From assembly GCA_964592525.1 (NCBI GenBank), contig CAZQFB010000001.1, forward strand, positions 279,299 to 343,298: DNA of 64,000 nucleotides. Reading direction: 5' to 3'. The DNA comes from an uncultured Candidatus Saccharibacteria bacterium. Its GTDB lineage: Bacteria; Patescibacteriota; WWE3; CAZQFB01. This document shows positions 10,792 through 20,057 of the stretch, in pieces. Made by a program: the position numbers and the translations under genes. Each line of letters begins with the position of its first letter. Position 1 is the first letter of the stretch. A model generated the notes under the pieces. That model did not search any database. It worked only from the letters and a program-made list of their open reading frames with translations, and was not told the origin of the DNA.

Positions 10792-11172
10792 TTATTGGTG
10801 TGTGATCTCCTCCTCCCTGAACCACACCTTTCCTTCAAGGGAGGTAACGTCTCCACCCCAGGGGTAGTGTGCTACGCCAGTCCACGGCGGTGTGGAGAAA
10901 TCAAGGACACCGATCATTGCGGCTATTCGCCCCGGGGTCCAGTAGCGCAGGAATGCCAAGCAGCTGGGGCAACTTGGTCGATGGTCATACACTAGTGCCC
11001 CCTCGTCGGTACAAACAATCTCCACTAGTTGACCACACTCGGGGCAATAGGCTCTGATCGTGAGCGACATCGCTCCTGTTTCTGGATCAGTACCATGGTC
11101 AAATCTGAAACTTGCATATGACAGGAAGTTGATCCTGACGTCATCGGTAATGAGTAGATCGTCAAGTGCCAT
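10792..11172 (-). CDS. Hypothetical zinc-ribbon protein
   Basis: CPECG...CPSC; SD-like AAGGGAGAG and its own promoter upstream. Confidence 0.6.
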   Translation of the reverse strand: MALDDLLITDDVRINFLSYASFRFDHGTDPETGAMSLTIRAYCPECGQLVEIVCTDEGALVYDHRPSCPSCLAFLRYWTPGRIAAMIGVLDFSTPPWTGVAHYPWGGDVTSLEGKVWFREEEITHQ

Positions 11173-11221
11173 TTCTTCTCTCCCTTGTGTAGTCAGCCGT
11201 TAAGCTGACGAGAACGGGTAA

Positions 11222-11250
11222 AATATACTATAAGATACATTAGTTGTCAA
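11222..11250 (-). promoter_or_regulatory. sigma70-type promoter for the 10792..11172 gene
   Basis: TTGACA-17 nt-TATATT on the minus strand. Confidence 0.65.
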
Positions 11251-11258
11251 TACTAGTG

Positions 11259-12131
11259 CTAGCGGGGATTAACGACATTTTTCTCAAGTACTTTCGCGAT
11301 TGTATGGATGATTCTAGTACCTTCTGGTTCGGTTGTCTTCTCTCCTAAGATGGAGATAACCACAGTGTTGTGGTCGCCTTTGACTATGCCAATATCATGA
11401 AAAGCTTCGGGTAGCAGGGTACCCGATTTATGGTAGAGCTCAATTTGCGCAGAAAAACCTTGCGGTAAACGATTTTCTGTTTCGGTGTTCTGCATTAAGG
11501 AGAGGAGGTGTTTTTTTTGTTCCATAGCTAAAAGATCACCAAAATAGAGGTTATGCAGAAAAAGCGTCAAATCATGACCCGTGGTCGTGTTTTCATAAAC
11601 ATCTGTATTTAGCATTTGGTTGTCAAGCGCCACTTGTTGAATAGCTGATAAGCCAACTAACTCGTTTAAAGCTGCCCAAGAATCATTGTTACTTTGGTTA
11701 ATCATTGATTCTAATAGGTTTTTAACAGTGGTGTTACCGTAAGTGGTGTCTAAGGTGTAGTCGGAGTTAGTGAGCAGGCGGTAGGTGGCTACCGCAGTGA
11801 GTAATTTCATCGTGCTTGCGGCGTGGTACGATTTAGCACCGTTAATTTCCACCAGGGGTGTTGGTCCAGCCGACCACACCACCACAGACCATGTGCCCGA
11901 AGCGGTGTGGAGTATTCCTTTGATATCTTCTTCTGTATGGTCTTTATTAGAGGTTGGGTTAAGTTTAATTGAGCTGGCGGACAGTATCCGGCTTTGATAT
12001 ACGGTTGAGCCACTTAAATTAAGATAGAGAATGCCCGTAATAAGACCTAAAGCAGCAGACGAAATAATAAAAGACAGACCGGTAATTTTATTCATCCGCT
12101 GCATTTTACTGTATGAGCGCAAAATAATCAT
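11259..12131 (-). CDS. Membrane-anchored serine hydrolase, class A beta-lactamase-like/PBP fold
   Basis: STMK (SxxK), SNN (SxN) and KSG motifs; N-terminal TM; true start may be a few codons downstream. Confidence 0.85.
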   Translation of the reverse strand: MIILRSYSKMQRMNKITGLSFIISSAALGLITGILYLNLSGSTVYQSRILSASSIKLNPTSNKDHTEEDIKGILHTASGTWSVVVWSAGPTPLVEINGAKSYHAASTMKLLTAVATYRLLTNSDYTLDTTYGNTTVKNLLESMINQSNNDSWAALNELVGLSAIQQVALDNQMLNTDVYENTTTGHDLTLFLHNLYFGDLLAMEQKKHLLSLMQNTETENRLPQGFSAQIELYHKSGTLLPEAFHDIGIVKGDHNTVVISILGEKTTEPEGTRIIHTIAKVLEKNVVNPR

Positions 12132-12181
12132 CTTAAGGGAAATCTTGTCGGTTATTAGTTTCTCTGGTTTAATAGCGCAGT

Positions 12182-15043
12182 ATGGCTAAAGTGATGTCAG
12201 CTCAACCTAATTTTGTTGAAATTGAAAAGGAACTTCTTGGTAATTGGGAAAAAAAGAATATTTTCTCAAAATTACAACAAAAGAATCGTGGACATGAGAA
12301 GTGGTCTTTTTTAGATGGTCCAATCACGGCTAATAATCCGATGGGTGTTCATCATGCTTGGGGTAGGACTTATAAAGACCTTTTTCAAAGATATAAGGCG
12401 TTGCGTGGTTATGAGCAGCGTTATCAAAATGGCTTTGATTGTCAAGGGTTGTGGGTTGAGGTGGAGGTAGAGAAAGAACTAGGTTTTAAATCAAAAAAAG
12501 ATATTGAAGCCTATGGCATTGCCGCCTTTGTGGAGAAATGCAAGGAGCGCGTGCTGCGCTATACTAAAGTGCAAACAGCGCAATCAATTAGATTAGGACA
12601 ATGGATGGATTGGGAAAACTCGTATCTGACCATGTCCGACTCTAATAACTATGCTATTTGGGCTTTTCTAAAAAAATGCTATCAGGCGGGTTGGTTGTAC
12701 AAAGGTCATGATGTAGTACCATGGTGTCCTCGCTGTGGTACTTCAATCTCACAACACGAGATTTTAGCGGAAGAGTATCAAGAAGTTACGCACACCTCAA
12801 TTTATTTTCGGGTACCTGTTAAAGGACGTCAGGACACCTATTTTTTAGTGTGGACGACAACACCTTGGACGCTACCGGCTAATGTGGCTTTAGCGGTTCA
12901 TCCTGAATTTACTTACCTGGAGTTACTGGATTCTCGGGGAGATACTTATATTGTCCAGGAAAACTTCCGGCAATTAGTACCTGCGGCGAGTGAAACAGCC
13001 AGGTATTTGGGTTCTAAAATGGCAGGTGTTGAGTATGATAGCCTGTTTGCGGAGTTACCGGCTGTTCGTACCCAAATGGATGGTTATCAGCCCAAGGTGA
13101 TCATGTGGGAGGAGGTGACTTCTCAAGAAGGTACTGGTATTGTGCATATCGCGCCGGGTTGTGGTCAGGAAGATTATCTCTTAGGCAGAGAACAGCGTTT
13201 AGCTGTTATTGATCCGACGGACGCGGCTAGTAAATACCCAGAGGGTTTTGGCGAGTTTAGCCGCCACCTAGTTAGTGATGTGGCGGAGTCAATATTTAAT
13301 AATCTTCAACACAAAGGGTTGCTCTATAAACTACATGAGTATCAGCACCGTTATCCTACCTGTTGGCGCTGTAAGTCCGAGTTAATCTTTCGTTTGGTGG
13401 ATGAGTGGTATATCTCCATGGAGCAATTGCGTCCGCGCTTGATGGCAGTCGCTAGAAAAATGACCTGGCTTCCTGATTTTGGGCTAGAGCGAGAGTTGGA
13501 TTGGCTTAAGAATATGAATGATTGGATGATCTCTAAAAAACGTTATTGGGGTCTAGCGTTACCGATTTATGAATGTCCCCAATGTGGTGGTTTTGAAGTT
13601 ATAGGTTCAAAAGCAGAACTTCAAGCTAGAGCTGTTCAGGGGTGGGATAAATTTAAAGACCACTCTCCCCACCGACCTTGGGTTGATGAGATTAAAATAA
13701 AGTGCCGTGACTGTGGTCAAGTAATATCTCGGGTACCAGATGTTGGTACGCCTTGGTTAGATGCTGGTATAGTACCTTTTTCGACTTTGGATTATTTTCA
13801 AACTAAAGAAACTTGGCAGCAATGGTACCCCTTTGACTTTGTCTGTGAATCTTTCCCCGGTCAATTTAAAAACTGGTTTTATGCGTTGATTGTGATGAGT
13901 ACTGTTTTGGAAAATGAGCTACCCACCAAAACCGTTTTTGGTTACGCTTCGGTGCGAGATGAGTTGGGGGAGGAAATGCACAAGTCAAAAGGTAACGCTA
14001 TTTGGTTTGATCAGGCAGTTGAAGAATTAGGAGCAGATGTGATGCGTTGGATGTACGCCCGCCAACCAATAGTTAATAATTTACGTTTTGGTTATAAAAC
14101 TGCGGATGAACAAAGACGTCGTTTACTTGTGCTTTGGCATACGCAAAAATTTGTCGTTGATAGTATTGGTCTTAGTGGTTATAAACCGCAACTTCAGCTA
14201 ACTGGTCTAAAATTATCGCTTTTAGATCGCTGGGTACTCTCGCAATATAACGGTTTGCTGAAAAAAGTGACACAATCTTTAGATCAGTATGACGTGGCTG
14301 GGGCAATGCGTGAAATTGAGGTCTTTTTGACGGATTTTTCCCAGTGGTATATTCGCCGTTCTCGCGATAGAGTTGGTTCAGCCAAAACAGACACTGAAGC
14401 TATTAGTTTTTACGAAACTGCCTTGTATGTGCTCTTAAATTTATTGAAAACCCTCTCACCCATCGTGCCATTTATGACGGATTATATGTATTTGACCTTG
14501 CTGCAAGTTTGTGGTCAAGAAGGTCTTGCCTCAATTCATCTTGAAAATTGGCCCATGGTCGATGAAGCCATGATAGATGGTCGCCTGGAGCAAGAGATGG
14601 CACAAGTGCGATATATGGCTGAATTAGGTCATGCGGAAAGGAAAAAAGAACAGCTTAAAGTTAGACAGCCTTTATTGTCTGTTTCTTATCTTGTCTCTAA
14701 AGAACCCACCTGGGTCAAAAATATTGAGCTGGTCGAACTATTACAAAGTGAACTTAATGTTAAAGAAGTGAAATTTAGGCAGTCACCAGAAGCCTCTGCT
14801 ACGACCGTCACGGCTAAACTTGATACCACCATAACACCTGACTTGCAGGAAGAGGGCGAGGCTCGGGAAATAATTCGTCGCTTGCAAAGTATGCGTAAAG
14901 AATATGGTTGTGCACGTGGTGATAAAGTAGATGCTTATTTGCCGACTTGGCCAAAACGTTTTGAGCAAGAAATCATTAAAACGGCGGGTTTAAGCCGTTT
15001 ACTTGTTGATTCTAGACCACGGATTGAAGCACTAGAAAAGTAA
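12182..15043 (+). CDS. ileS: Isoleucyl-tRNA synthetase, type 2
   Basis: DGPITAN, GVHH (HIGH variant), WTTTPWTLPAN, GTGIVH and EMHKS (KMSKS) motifs; IleRS2-type C-terminus. Confidence 0.96.
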   Translation: MAKVMSAQPNFVEIEKELLGNWEKKNIFSKLQQKNRGHEKWSFLDGPITANNPMGVHHAWGRTYKDLFQRYKALRGYEQRYQNGFDCQGLWVEVEVEKELGFKSKKDIEAYGIAAFVEKCKERVLRYTKVQTAQSIRLGQWMDWENSYLTMSDSNNYAIWAFLKKCYQAGWLYKGHDVVPWCPRCGTSISQHEILAEEYQEVTHTSIYFRVPVKGRQDTYFLVWTTTPWTLPANVALAVHPEFTYLELLDSRGDTYIVQENFRQLVPAASETARYLGSKMAGVEYDSLFAELPAVRTQMDGYQPKVIMWEEVTSQEGTGIVHIAPGCGQEDYLLGREQRLAVIDPTDAASKYPEGFGEFSRHLVSDVAESIFNNLQHKGLLYKLHEYQHRYPTCWRCKSELIFRLVDEWYISMEQLRPRLMAVARKMTWLPDFGLERELDWLKNMNDWMISKKRYWGLALPIYECPQCGGFEVIGSKAELQARAVQGWDKFKDHSPHRPWVDEIKIKCRDCGQVISRVPDVGTPWLDAGIVPFSTLDYFQTKETWQQWYPFDFVCESFPGQFKNWFYALIVMSTVLENELPTKTVFGYASVRDELGEEMHKSKGNAIWFDQAVEELGADVMRWMYARQPIVNNLRFGYKTADEQRRRLLVLWHTQKFVVDSIGLSGYKPQLQLTGLKLSLLDRWVLSQYNGLLKKVTQSLDQYDVAGAMREIEVFLTDFSQWYIRRSRDRVGSAKTDTEAISFYETALYVLLNLLKTLSPIVPFMTDYMYLTLLQVCGQEGLASIHLENWPMVDEAMIDGRLEQEMAQVRYMAELGHAERKKEQLKVRQPLLSVSYLVSKEPTWVKNIELVELLQSELNVKEVKFRQSPEASATTVTAKLDTTITPDLQEEGEAREIIRRLQSMRKEYGCARGDKVDAYLPTWPKRFEQEIIKTAGLSRLLVDSRPRIEALEK

Positions 15044-15044
15044 A

Positions 15045-16112
15045 ATGTGGCGACAATTAAACAAAAGAATTGATCCTTATCTAGTATTACCTTTAGTTTT
15101 AATTTTGAGTTTTTCCCTTGTGGTTATTTATTCTGGTAATGTTAACTTAGCACTGCAGCACTTGCTTTTTTCAGCTATCGGGCTGCTAATTATTGTTAGC
15201 CTGCCCCTAATTGATTATCGCTATGTGGCAAGAGTTTCTCCGTTATTATATTTGGGTTTATTGGTAATCCTTGCAATAGTATTGCTCTTTGGTCAAGAGG
15301 CGCGTGGCTCGATGAGATGGTTGGATCTTGGTCCTTTTCGCTTTCAACCTTCAGAGTTTGCCAAAGTGATCCTGATTATCTTCTTAGCTCGCTATTTAAG
15401 TTCCCAACCAGTTGGTAGATTAAGCTTAAAAAAAGCTATTGTCACGCTGATCATCTTCATCTTACCAACCGCTTTGGTGTTTGCGCAGCCGGATCTTGGT
15501 ACGGCGGTTACTTTTATGGGCGTCGGTTTGGGTTTATTATTTGTTGGCGGCGTCAGTTGGTGGTTTATGGGCAGTGGTTTGGTGCTGTTTATTTTGTCTC
15601 TACCTTTAGTCTGGAATTTAATGAAAGACTACCAAAAACAAAGAATAGCTGTTTTTTTAAAACCAGAGAGCGATACTTTAGGTTCTGGTTATAACGTGAT
15701 CCAGGCCATTATTGCCGTCGGTAGTGGACAATTACTGGGGCGTGGCTTTGGGCGTGGTACGCAAAGCCACCTCCGCTTTCTACCCGAGCAGCATACTGAT
15801 TTTATTTTTGCCACCTTAGCTGAAGAGTGGGGTCTGTTGGGCGTGGGGTTATTACTGTTTTTCTTAATGGTATTAGTTTATCGAATATTAATTATTGCAC
15901 AAAGAAGTAAAACGTCATTTGGTTATTATCTGTGTTTGGGAGTAGTGCTGCTTTTGATGATTCAGATAATCATTAATGTAGGTATGAATTTGGGTTTAAT
16001 GCCCGTAACGGGACTCCCTCTCCCCTTTGTCTCTTATGGGGGTAGTGCTTTGCTGGCGTATTCTGTGGCTTTAGGGTTAGTTCATAGTATTGCGGTGCAG
16101 GACCAATCATGA
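15045..16112 (+). CDS. rodA: Rod shape-determining SEDS protein RodA
   Basis: QPSEFAK, QPDLGT, GTQSHLRFLPEQHTDFIF and LPFVSYGGS motifs. Confidence 0.93.
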   Translation: MWRQLNKRIDPYLVLPLVLILSFSLVVIYSGNVNLALQHLLFSAIGLLIIVSLPLIDYRYVARVSPLLYLGLLVILAIVLLFGQEARGSMRWLDLGPFRFQPSEFAKVILIIFLARYLSSQPVGRLSLKKAIVTLIIFILPTALVFAQPDLGTAVTFMGVGLGLLFVGGVSWWFMGSGLVLFILSLPLVWNLMKDYQKQRIAVFLKPESDTLGSGYNVIQAIIAVGSGQLLGRGFGRGTQSHLRFLPEQHTDFIFATLAEEWGLLGVGLLLFFLMVLVYRILIIAQRSKTSFGYYLCLGVVLLLMIQIIINVGMNLGLMPVTGLPLPFVSYGGSALLAYSVALGLVHSIAVQDQS

Positions 16113-16139
16113 TAACATCCCGAAGCGAAGGCAACGCAT

Positions 16140-16451
16140 ATGTCACAGGCAGTAATTGCTCTTAAAGGCAAACAATATCATGTAAGTGAGGGGGATTTGT
16201 TAGTCATTGATCAGATGGCTGATACTGCTGTGGAGGTGGATGGTGTCTTGCTTTATCATCAGGACGAAAAGGTTTTGGTAGGGACTCCATACTTGTCTAA
16301 TGTTCGGGTACTACTTACAGTTGAGGGTAAAACCAGGGGTCCAAAAATTGAAGTGCGTAGGTTTAAGGCTAAATCTAGATACCGCCGACATCAGGGTCAT
16401 AAGCAACCCCAAGTTAATGTTAGGGTCAAGACGATATCCTTAAGTAAATAA
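16140..16451 (+). CDS. rplU: 50S ribosomal protein L21
   Basis: GKQYHVSEG, VGTPY and FKAKSRYRRHQGHKQ motifs. Confidence 0.95.
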   Translation: MSQAVIALKGKQYHVSEGDLLVIDQMADTAVEVDGVLLYHQDEKVLVGTPYLSNVRVLLTVEGKTRGPKIEVRRFKAKSRYRRHQGHKQPQVNVRVKTISLSK

Positions 16452-16468
16452 TAAATTAGGATTAGCTA

Positions 16469-16732
16469 ATGTCAAAAACAAAATCAGGAGGTTCCAAAGC
16501 CAATCAAGGTAAACAGACGGCCGGCAAAAGATTAGGTCTGAAGTTAGCTGGTGGTCAGCTGATCAAAGCAGGGCAGGTGATTATCAAGCAACGTGGCAGT
16601 AAAATGCTACCGGGAATAAATGTTGGTATGGGTAGAGATTTTTCTCTGTTTGCTACCAAGGCAGGTTATTTACATTTCAAATCTGCGCGGGGGGGTAAAA
16701 AAACCGCTTGGGTTGAAGCTCTTAAGGACTAG
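16469..16732 (+). CDS. rpmA: 50S ribosomal protein L27
   Basis: GKRLGLK, QRGSK and NVGMGRDFSLFA motifs; follows rplU. Confidence 0.95.
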   Translation: MSKTKSGGSKANQGKQTAGKRLGLKLAGGQLIKAGQVIIKQRGSKMLPGINVGMGRDFSLFATKAGYLHFKSARGGKKTAWVEALKD

Positions 16733-17316
16733 AGGGTTGTTGTGTCTAATGGGTTTTTCACTAAGCCGATATCTTCAGGCGGCCAATAGACTATAAAAGC
16801 CCGACCAACAAGATCTTTCTTTTCAATCGTACCCCATTCACGTGAATCTGAACTAGCTTCACGATTGTCACCAATAACAAAATATTCGCCACTACTGATG
16901 GTAGTGCTTTGACCAGGTGGTAAATATTTTTTTCCTTGGGTGATGGCGTCTGGTGCTAAATAGGTTTCGTTGAGCACAAAACCATGCGGCTGTTCGCTGG
17001 ACGTAATAATAATTTGGTTATTTTCAATTTTAATCGTTTCCCCTGGTAGGGCGATGATTCTTTTAATGTAGTCGTAGCGGGGATCTTTAGGAAAATGAAA
17101 GACGACTACATCACCTCGTTGTGGCTCGTTAAATTTGTAAGTGAGTTTATCTGTTAAGAGTAGAGAATTGTTGTGGAAGTTGGGTAACATTGAATCACCT
17201 TGGACTTTGTGTGGTTGGGCGGTAGTGGCATATATTAAGACAAAAAGGGATAAAGCTACTGCTATGGTTTCCAACACATCCACAAAAAAATTACCAATCT
17301 TTTTAAAAATATCCAT
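16729..17316 (-). CDS. lepB: Signal peptidase I
   Basis: GDSMLPN (Ser), YIKRII (Lys) and GDNREASSDSREWG motifs. Confidence 0.95.
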   Translation of the reverse strand: MDIFKKIGNFFVDVLETIAVALSLFVLIYATTAQPHKVQGDSMLPNFHNNSLLLTDKLTYKFNEPQRGDVVVFHFPKDPRYDYIKRIIALPGETIKIENNQIIITSSEQPHGFVLNETYLAPDAITQGKKYLPPGQSTTISSGEYFVIGDNREASSDSREWGTIEKKDLVGRAFIVYWPPEDIGLVKNPLDTTTL

Positions 17317-17474
17317 AAACGAACCTACCTCTATAAGTTAACCTTACTGTTAATATTACTCTGACCCCACGTTGACTTGGGGGTACTTAACAATGATAGC
17401 AGCTAGTTATTAGATAATCTATTGTTCATGTTGTAGAATAATTAACGCTAGTCAACACTTGCTTGAGGATGTTC

Positions 17475-17703
17475 GGTTGCGTAGCTTTGTAGTTTAGAGC
17501 GCTTCGTACACACTTGCCCGTTATGGTCCGAGCCGTTAGCTCAGTTGGTAGAGCGTCCGGGTCACATCCGGAAGGTCGTAGGTTCGAATCCTACACGGCT
17601 CACACAAGCGCAGGCAGCCGGGTTGGAGAGGTTTCGGTGGTTTTGCCCCGCAATAAAATAGTGCGGGATCGCCTTCCCGCCTATGGGCAGGAACCAATGA
17701 CCA
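17475..17703 (+). pseudogene. Decayed outer tRNA-Val(CAC) interrupted at 37/38 by an insert containing the intact tRNA-Val
   Basis: 5' half GGTTGCGTAGCT..AGAGCG CTTCG TA CAC A (17475-17512); 3' half T TGGAG AGGTT.. from ~17623 pairs with CTTCG; ends ATGACCA; extra hairpins in the T-arm. Confidence 0.65.
17530..17602 (+). tRNA. tRNA-Val(CAC)
   Basis: Full cloverleaf: GAGCCGT/ACGGCTC acceptor, TCCGG-GTCACAT-CCGGA anticodon arm, GTAGG-TTCGAAT-CCTAC T arm; no encoded CCA. Confidence 0.93.
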
Positions 17704-17924
17704 CAGGAGGTCAAAGTATAAGTAGTTTTCAGTAAGGCTGCTTGTTAGTTTCTTGTTCGGGGTTTGCTAAGGTGGGGGTGGGGTCGGGTGCTAATTAATA
17801 TTAAGCGCATGAATAATAAGGCTACCCACTGCTTGCAGCTGATGATATTATTTGTTTAACCCAAAATAGGGAATAATTTACTCGTGGAGAGCTAGATGGT
17901 GTTTATGGTTATTAGAGTGTATTA

Positions 17925-18728
17925 ATGACAAAAGATTTCCTTAAGTTACAGGTTGCTAAGTTACCGAAAGAGGCCTTGCCCAATCATATTGCCATTATTC
18001 CCAATGGTCATCGGACTTGGGCTAGAAATAATAATAAAAAGACTACCGAGGCTCATAAAATCGGGATGGAAATTATTATTGAGCTCTCTCGTTATTTAAG
18101 AACCTTGGGTATTCATACCGTTTCTGTTTGGGCAATGTCAACCGAGAATTACCTTAGGCGAGATAAAGAAGAAGTTAAGGGTTTGATTGATCTACTAATG
18201 TATGCTTTTAATAAGTGGGCACAGGAGTTTTATGACGCCGGTGCTCGGATCATTCATTTAGGCAGAAAAGATAGAATACCGGCAGAGTTGTTAAAGTTAA
18301 TTAAAGAGTGGGAGGAGAAGAGTTGCCGTCAAGAGAAGTATTGTGCCAATATCGCCTTTGATTATGGTGGTCATGATGAATTATTGAGGGCTATGGCAAA
18401 AGCTTGGGCAGATGTTAGCGCAGGCAAAATAACTTTGGCGGCTTTGTCTGAAGAGGTTGGTTTGTATCATGGTAAATACCCCTATTTAAGATTTAAAGAA
18501 TATCTTGATACTAGAGACCAAAAATATCCTTATCCGGATTTAATTATTCGTAGTTCTGGTGAACTAAGGCTAAGTGGTTTTATGCCGTGGCAAAGTGTCT
18601 ATTCAGAATTTTATGCCACTCCCGAGTTAATGCCTGATTTTACAGAGGATACTATGAACAAAGCATTACTGGATTATGCTGGTCGTAAACGAACCTTTGG
18701 TGGTGATAGCACGGCAACTTCTTCTTAA
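17925..18728 (+). CDS. uppS: Undecaprenyl/polyprenyl diphosphate synthase
   Basis: HIAIIPNGHRTWA, MSTEN, DYGGHDE and RSSGELRLSGF motifs (usual DGN reads NGH). Confidence 0.9.
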   Translation: MTKDFLKLQVAKLPKEALPNHIAIIPNGHRTWARNNNKKTTEAHKIGMEIIIELSRYLRTLGIHTVSVWAMSTENYLRRDKEEVKGLIDLLMYAFNKWAQEFYDAGARIIHLGRKDRIPAELLKLIKEWEEKSCRQEKYCANIAFDYGGHDELLRAMAKAWADVSAGKITLAALSEEVGLYHGKYPYLRFKEYLDTRDQKYPYPDLIIRSSGELRLSGFMPWQSVYSEFYATPELMPDFTEDTMNKALLDYAGRKRTFGGDSTATSS

Positions 18729-18767
18729 TTCAGTATCTCGCCTAGACATAATTGGTATACTCCCAAT

Positions 18768-20057
18768 ATGCGTGATTCTCAATTAGTAGCCACAAATACT
18801 TTCTACCAAGTACTTGGTAAGGTGATCACGATGTCAGTCACTCTGTTGGTGACAGCTTTGGTGACGAGAGATCTTGGTGAGGCTAGCTATGGTCAATTCA
18901 CCTTGATTATGGGTTTTGCTGCCTTTTTTTATATTATTTCTGATTTTGGGTCGAATGCTGTGGTGCTAAAATCTTACACCGAGAGCCCCCAAAATATCTT
19001 GAGTGAGCTAAGCACCTTACTTATCTTAAGAATTATCTGGTCTTTGTTTTTGATCATCGTGGGGTTGAGTCTACTTTTTGTGGTGCCTTATGCGCCTTTA
19101 GTTAAACTTGGTATTTTACTGTCGTTGCTGACGATTTACACGCAAGCACTTTATACCTCATTCAATTCAATTTTTCAGTATAAACTTCAGTACCAGCGTT
19201 CAACGCTTGCCTTGAGTGTTGCCAGTTTAATCCTTTTGGCTTGGGTGGTGCTAGTGAAAGAGTTAAATCTTGAGAATCGCCTTCTCTGGTATGTGGGGGG
19301 TTATGTGACACACGGCATTATTCTAGTTGTGTCTTCGTTATATTTAGCTGGAAAAATAATTGCTCTTAAACAAATCAACAGACCGAATTGCCAAAGTGTG
19401 CGTAAGCTATTTAGGGCTTCGTTGCCTCTTGGTTTGATGCTTATTTTTGCCCAGATTCATGGTAAAGCGGATATATTTCTGCTTTCAGTTTTGCCTTTGC
19501 CCGAAGCGATAGGACTTAGTTCTGATGAAACATTGGGTATCTACGGACTCGGGTATAAGATTTTTGAGGTGGTTTTAGTAATAGCGACTTTTTTGATGAA
19601 TGCGGTTTATCCTCTCATGCTTATGCGCTTGAACAGTAGTTGGTCGGCTCTCCAAGTCATGTATCGCAAAGTGGTTTATCTTTTATTAATGCTTGGTGTT
19701 GTCGGTATGACTTTGTTGTTAGTGACGGCACCTCTTTTAGTAAGAATTGTTGCTGGTCAAGGGTTTTCTGAGGCGGTGCTGACTTTGCGATTGTTGAGTC
19801 TGGGGTTGCCGGCATTTTTTGTATCTTCAGCTTTTCAATGGTATCTAGTTACCACCAACCAGCAAAAGGTGTTGCCGGTTATTTACCTGATGGGTGCTTT
19901 GGTGACGGTTGTTTTAAACTTAATCTTCATCCCTCAATATTCCTATCTGGCAGCTGCTGTTATCACTTGGGGGGTAGAATACTTAATTTTGCTGCTGATG
20001 GTGGTTTGGGTTGTCTTAATTAGACGTGAGAAAATAGCCCTCAAGGTTTATGACTAG
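18768..20057 (+). CDS. Wzx-like oligosaccharide flippase
   Basis: MOP-family multi-TM pattern (YGQFT, LGIYG.GYK, LNLIFIP). Confidence 0.85.
   Translation: MRDSQLVATNTFYQVLGKVITMSVTLLVTALVTRDLGEASYGQFTLIMGFAAFFYIISDFGSNAVVLKSYTESPQNILSELSTLLILRIIWSLFLIIVGLSLLFVVPYAPLVKLGILLSLLTIYTQALYTSFNSIFQYKLQYQRSTLALSVASLILLAWVVLVKELNLENRLLWYVGGYVTHGIILVVSSLYLAGKIIALKQINRPNCQSVRKLFRASLPLGLMLIFAQIHGKADIFLLSVLPLPEAIGLSSDETLGIYGLGYKIFEVVLVIATFLMNAVYPLMLMRLNSSWSALQVMYRKVVYLLLMLGVVGMTLLLVTAPLLVRIVAGQGFSEAVLTLRLLSLGLPAFFVSSAFQWYLVTTNQQKVLPVIYLMGALVTVVLNLIFIPQYSYLAAAVITWGVEYLILLLMVVWVVLIRREKIALKVYD

Noticed and set aside
11259-12131. Bona fide antibiotic-resistance beta-lactamase
   Set aside because: Only general SxxK/SxN/KxG motifs plus a membrane anchor; equally consistent with a cell-wall peptidase
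17513-17622. Group I/II intron as the explanation for the tRNA inserts
   Set aside because: Inserts are about 110 nt and mostly occupied by the inner tRNA, too short for a ribozyme core
17514-17735. 73-aa ORF over tRNA-Val (also 25556-25747 over tRNA-Thr and 33012-33323 over tRNA-Gly)
   Set aside because: Explained by the tRNA sequences
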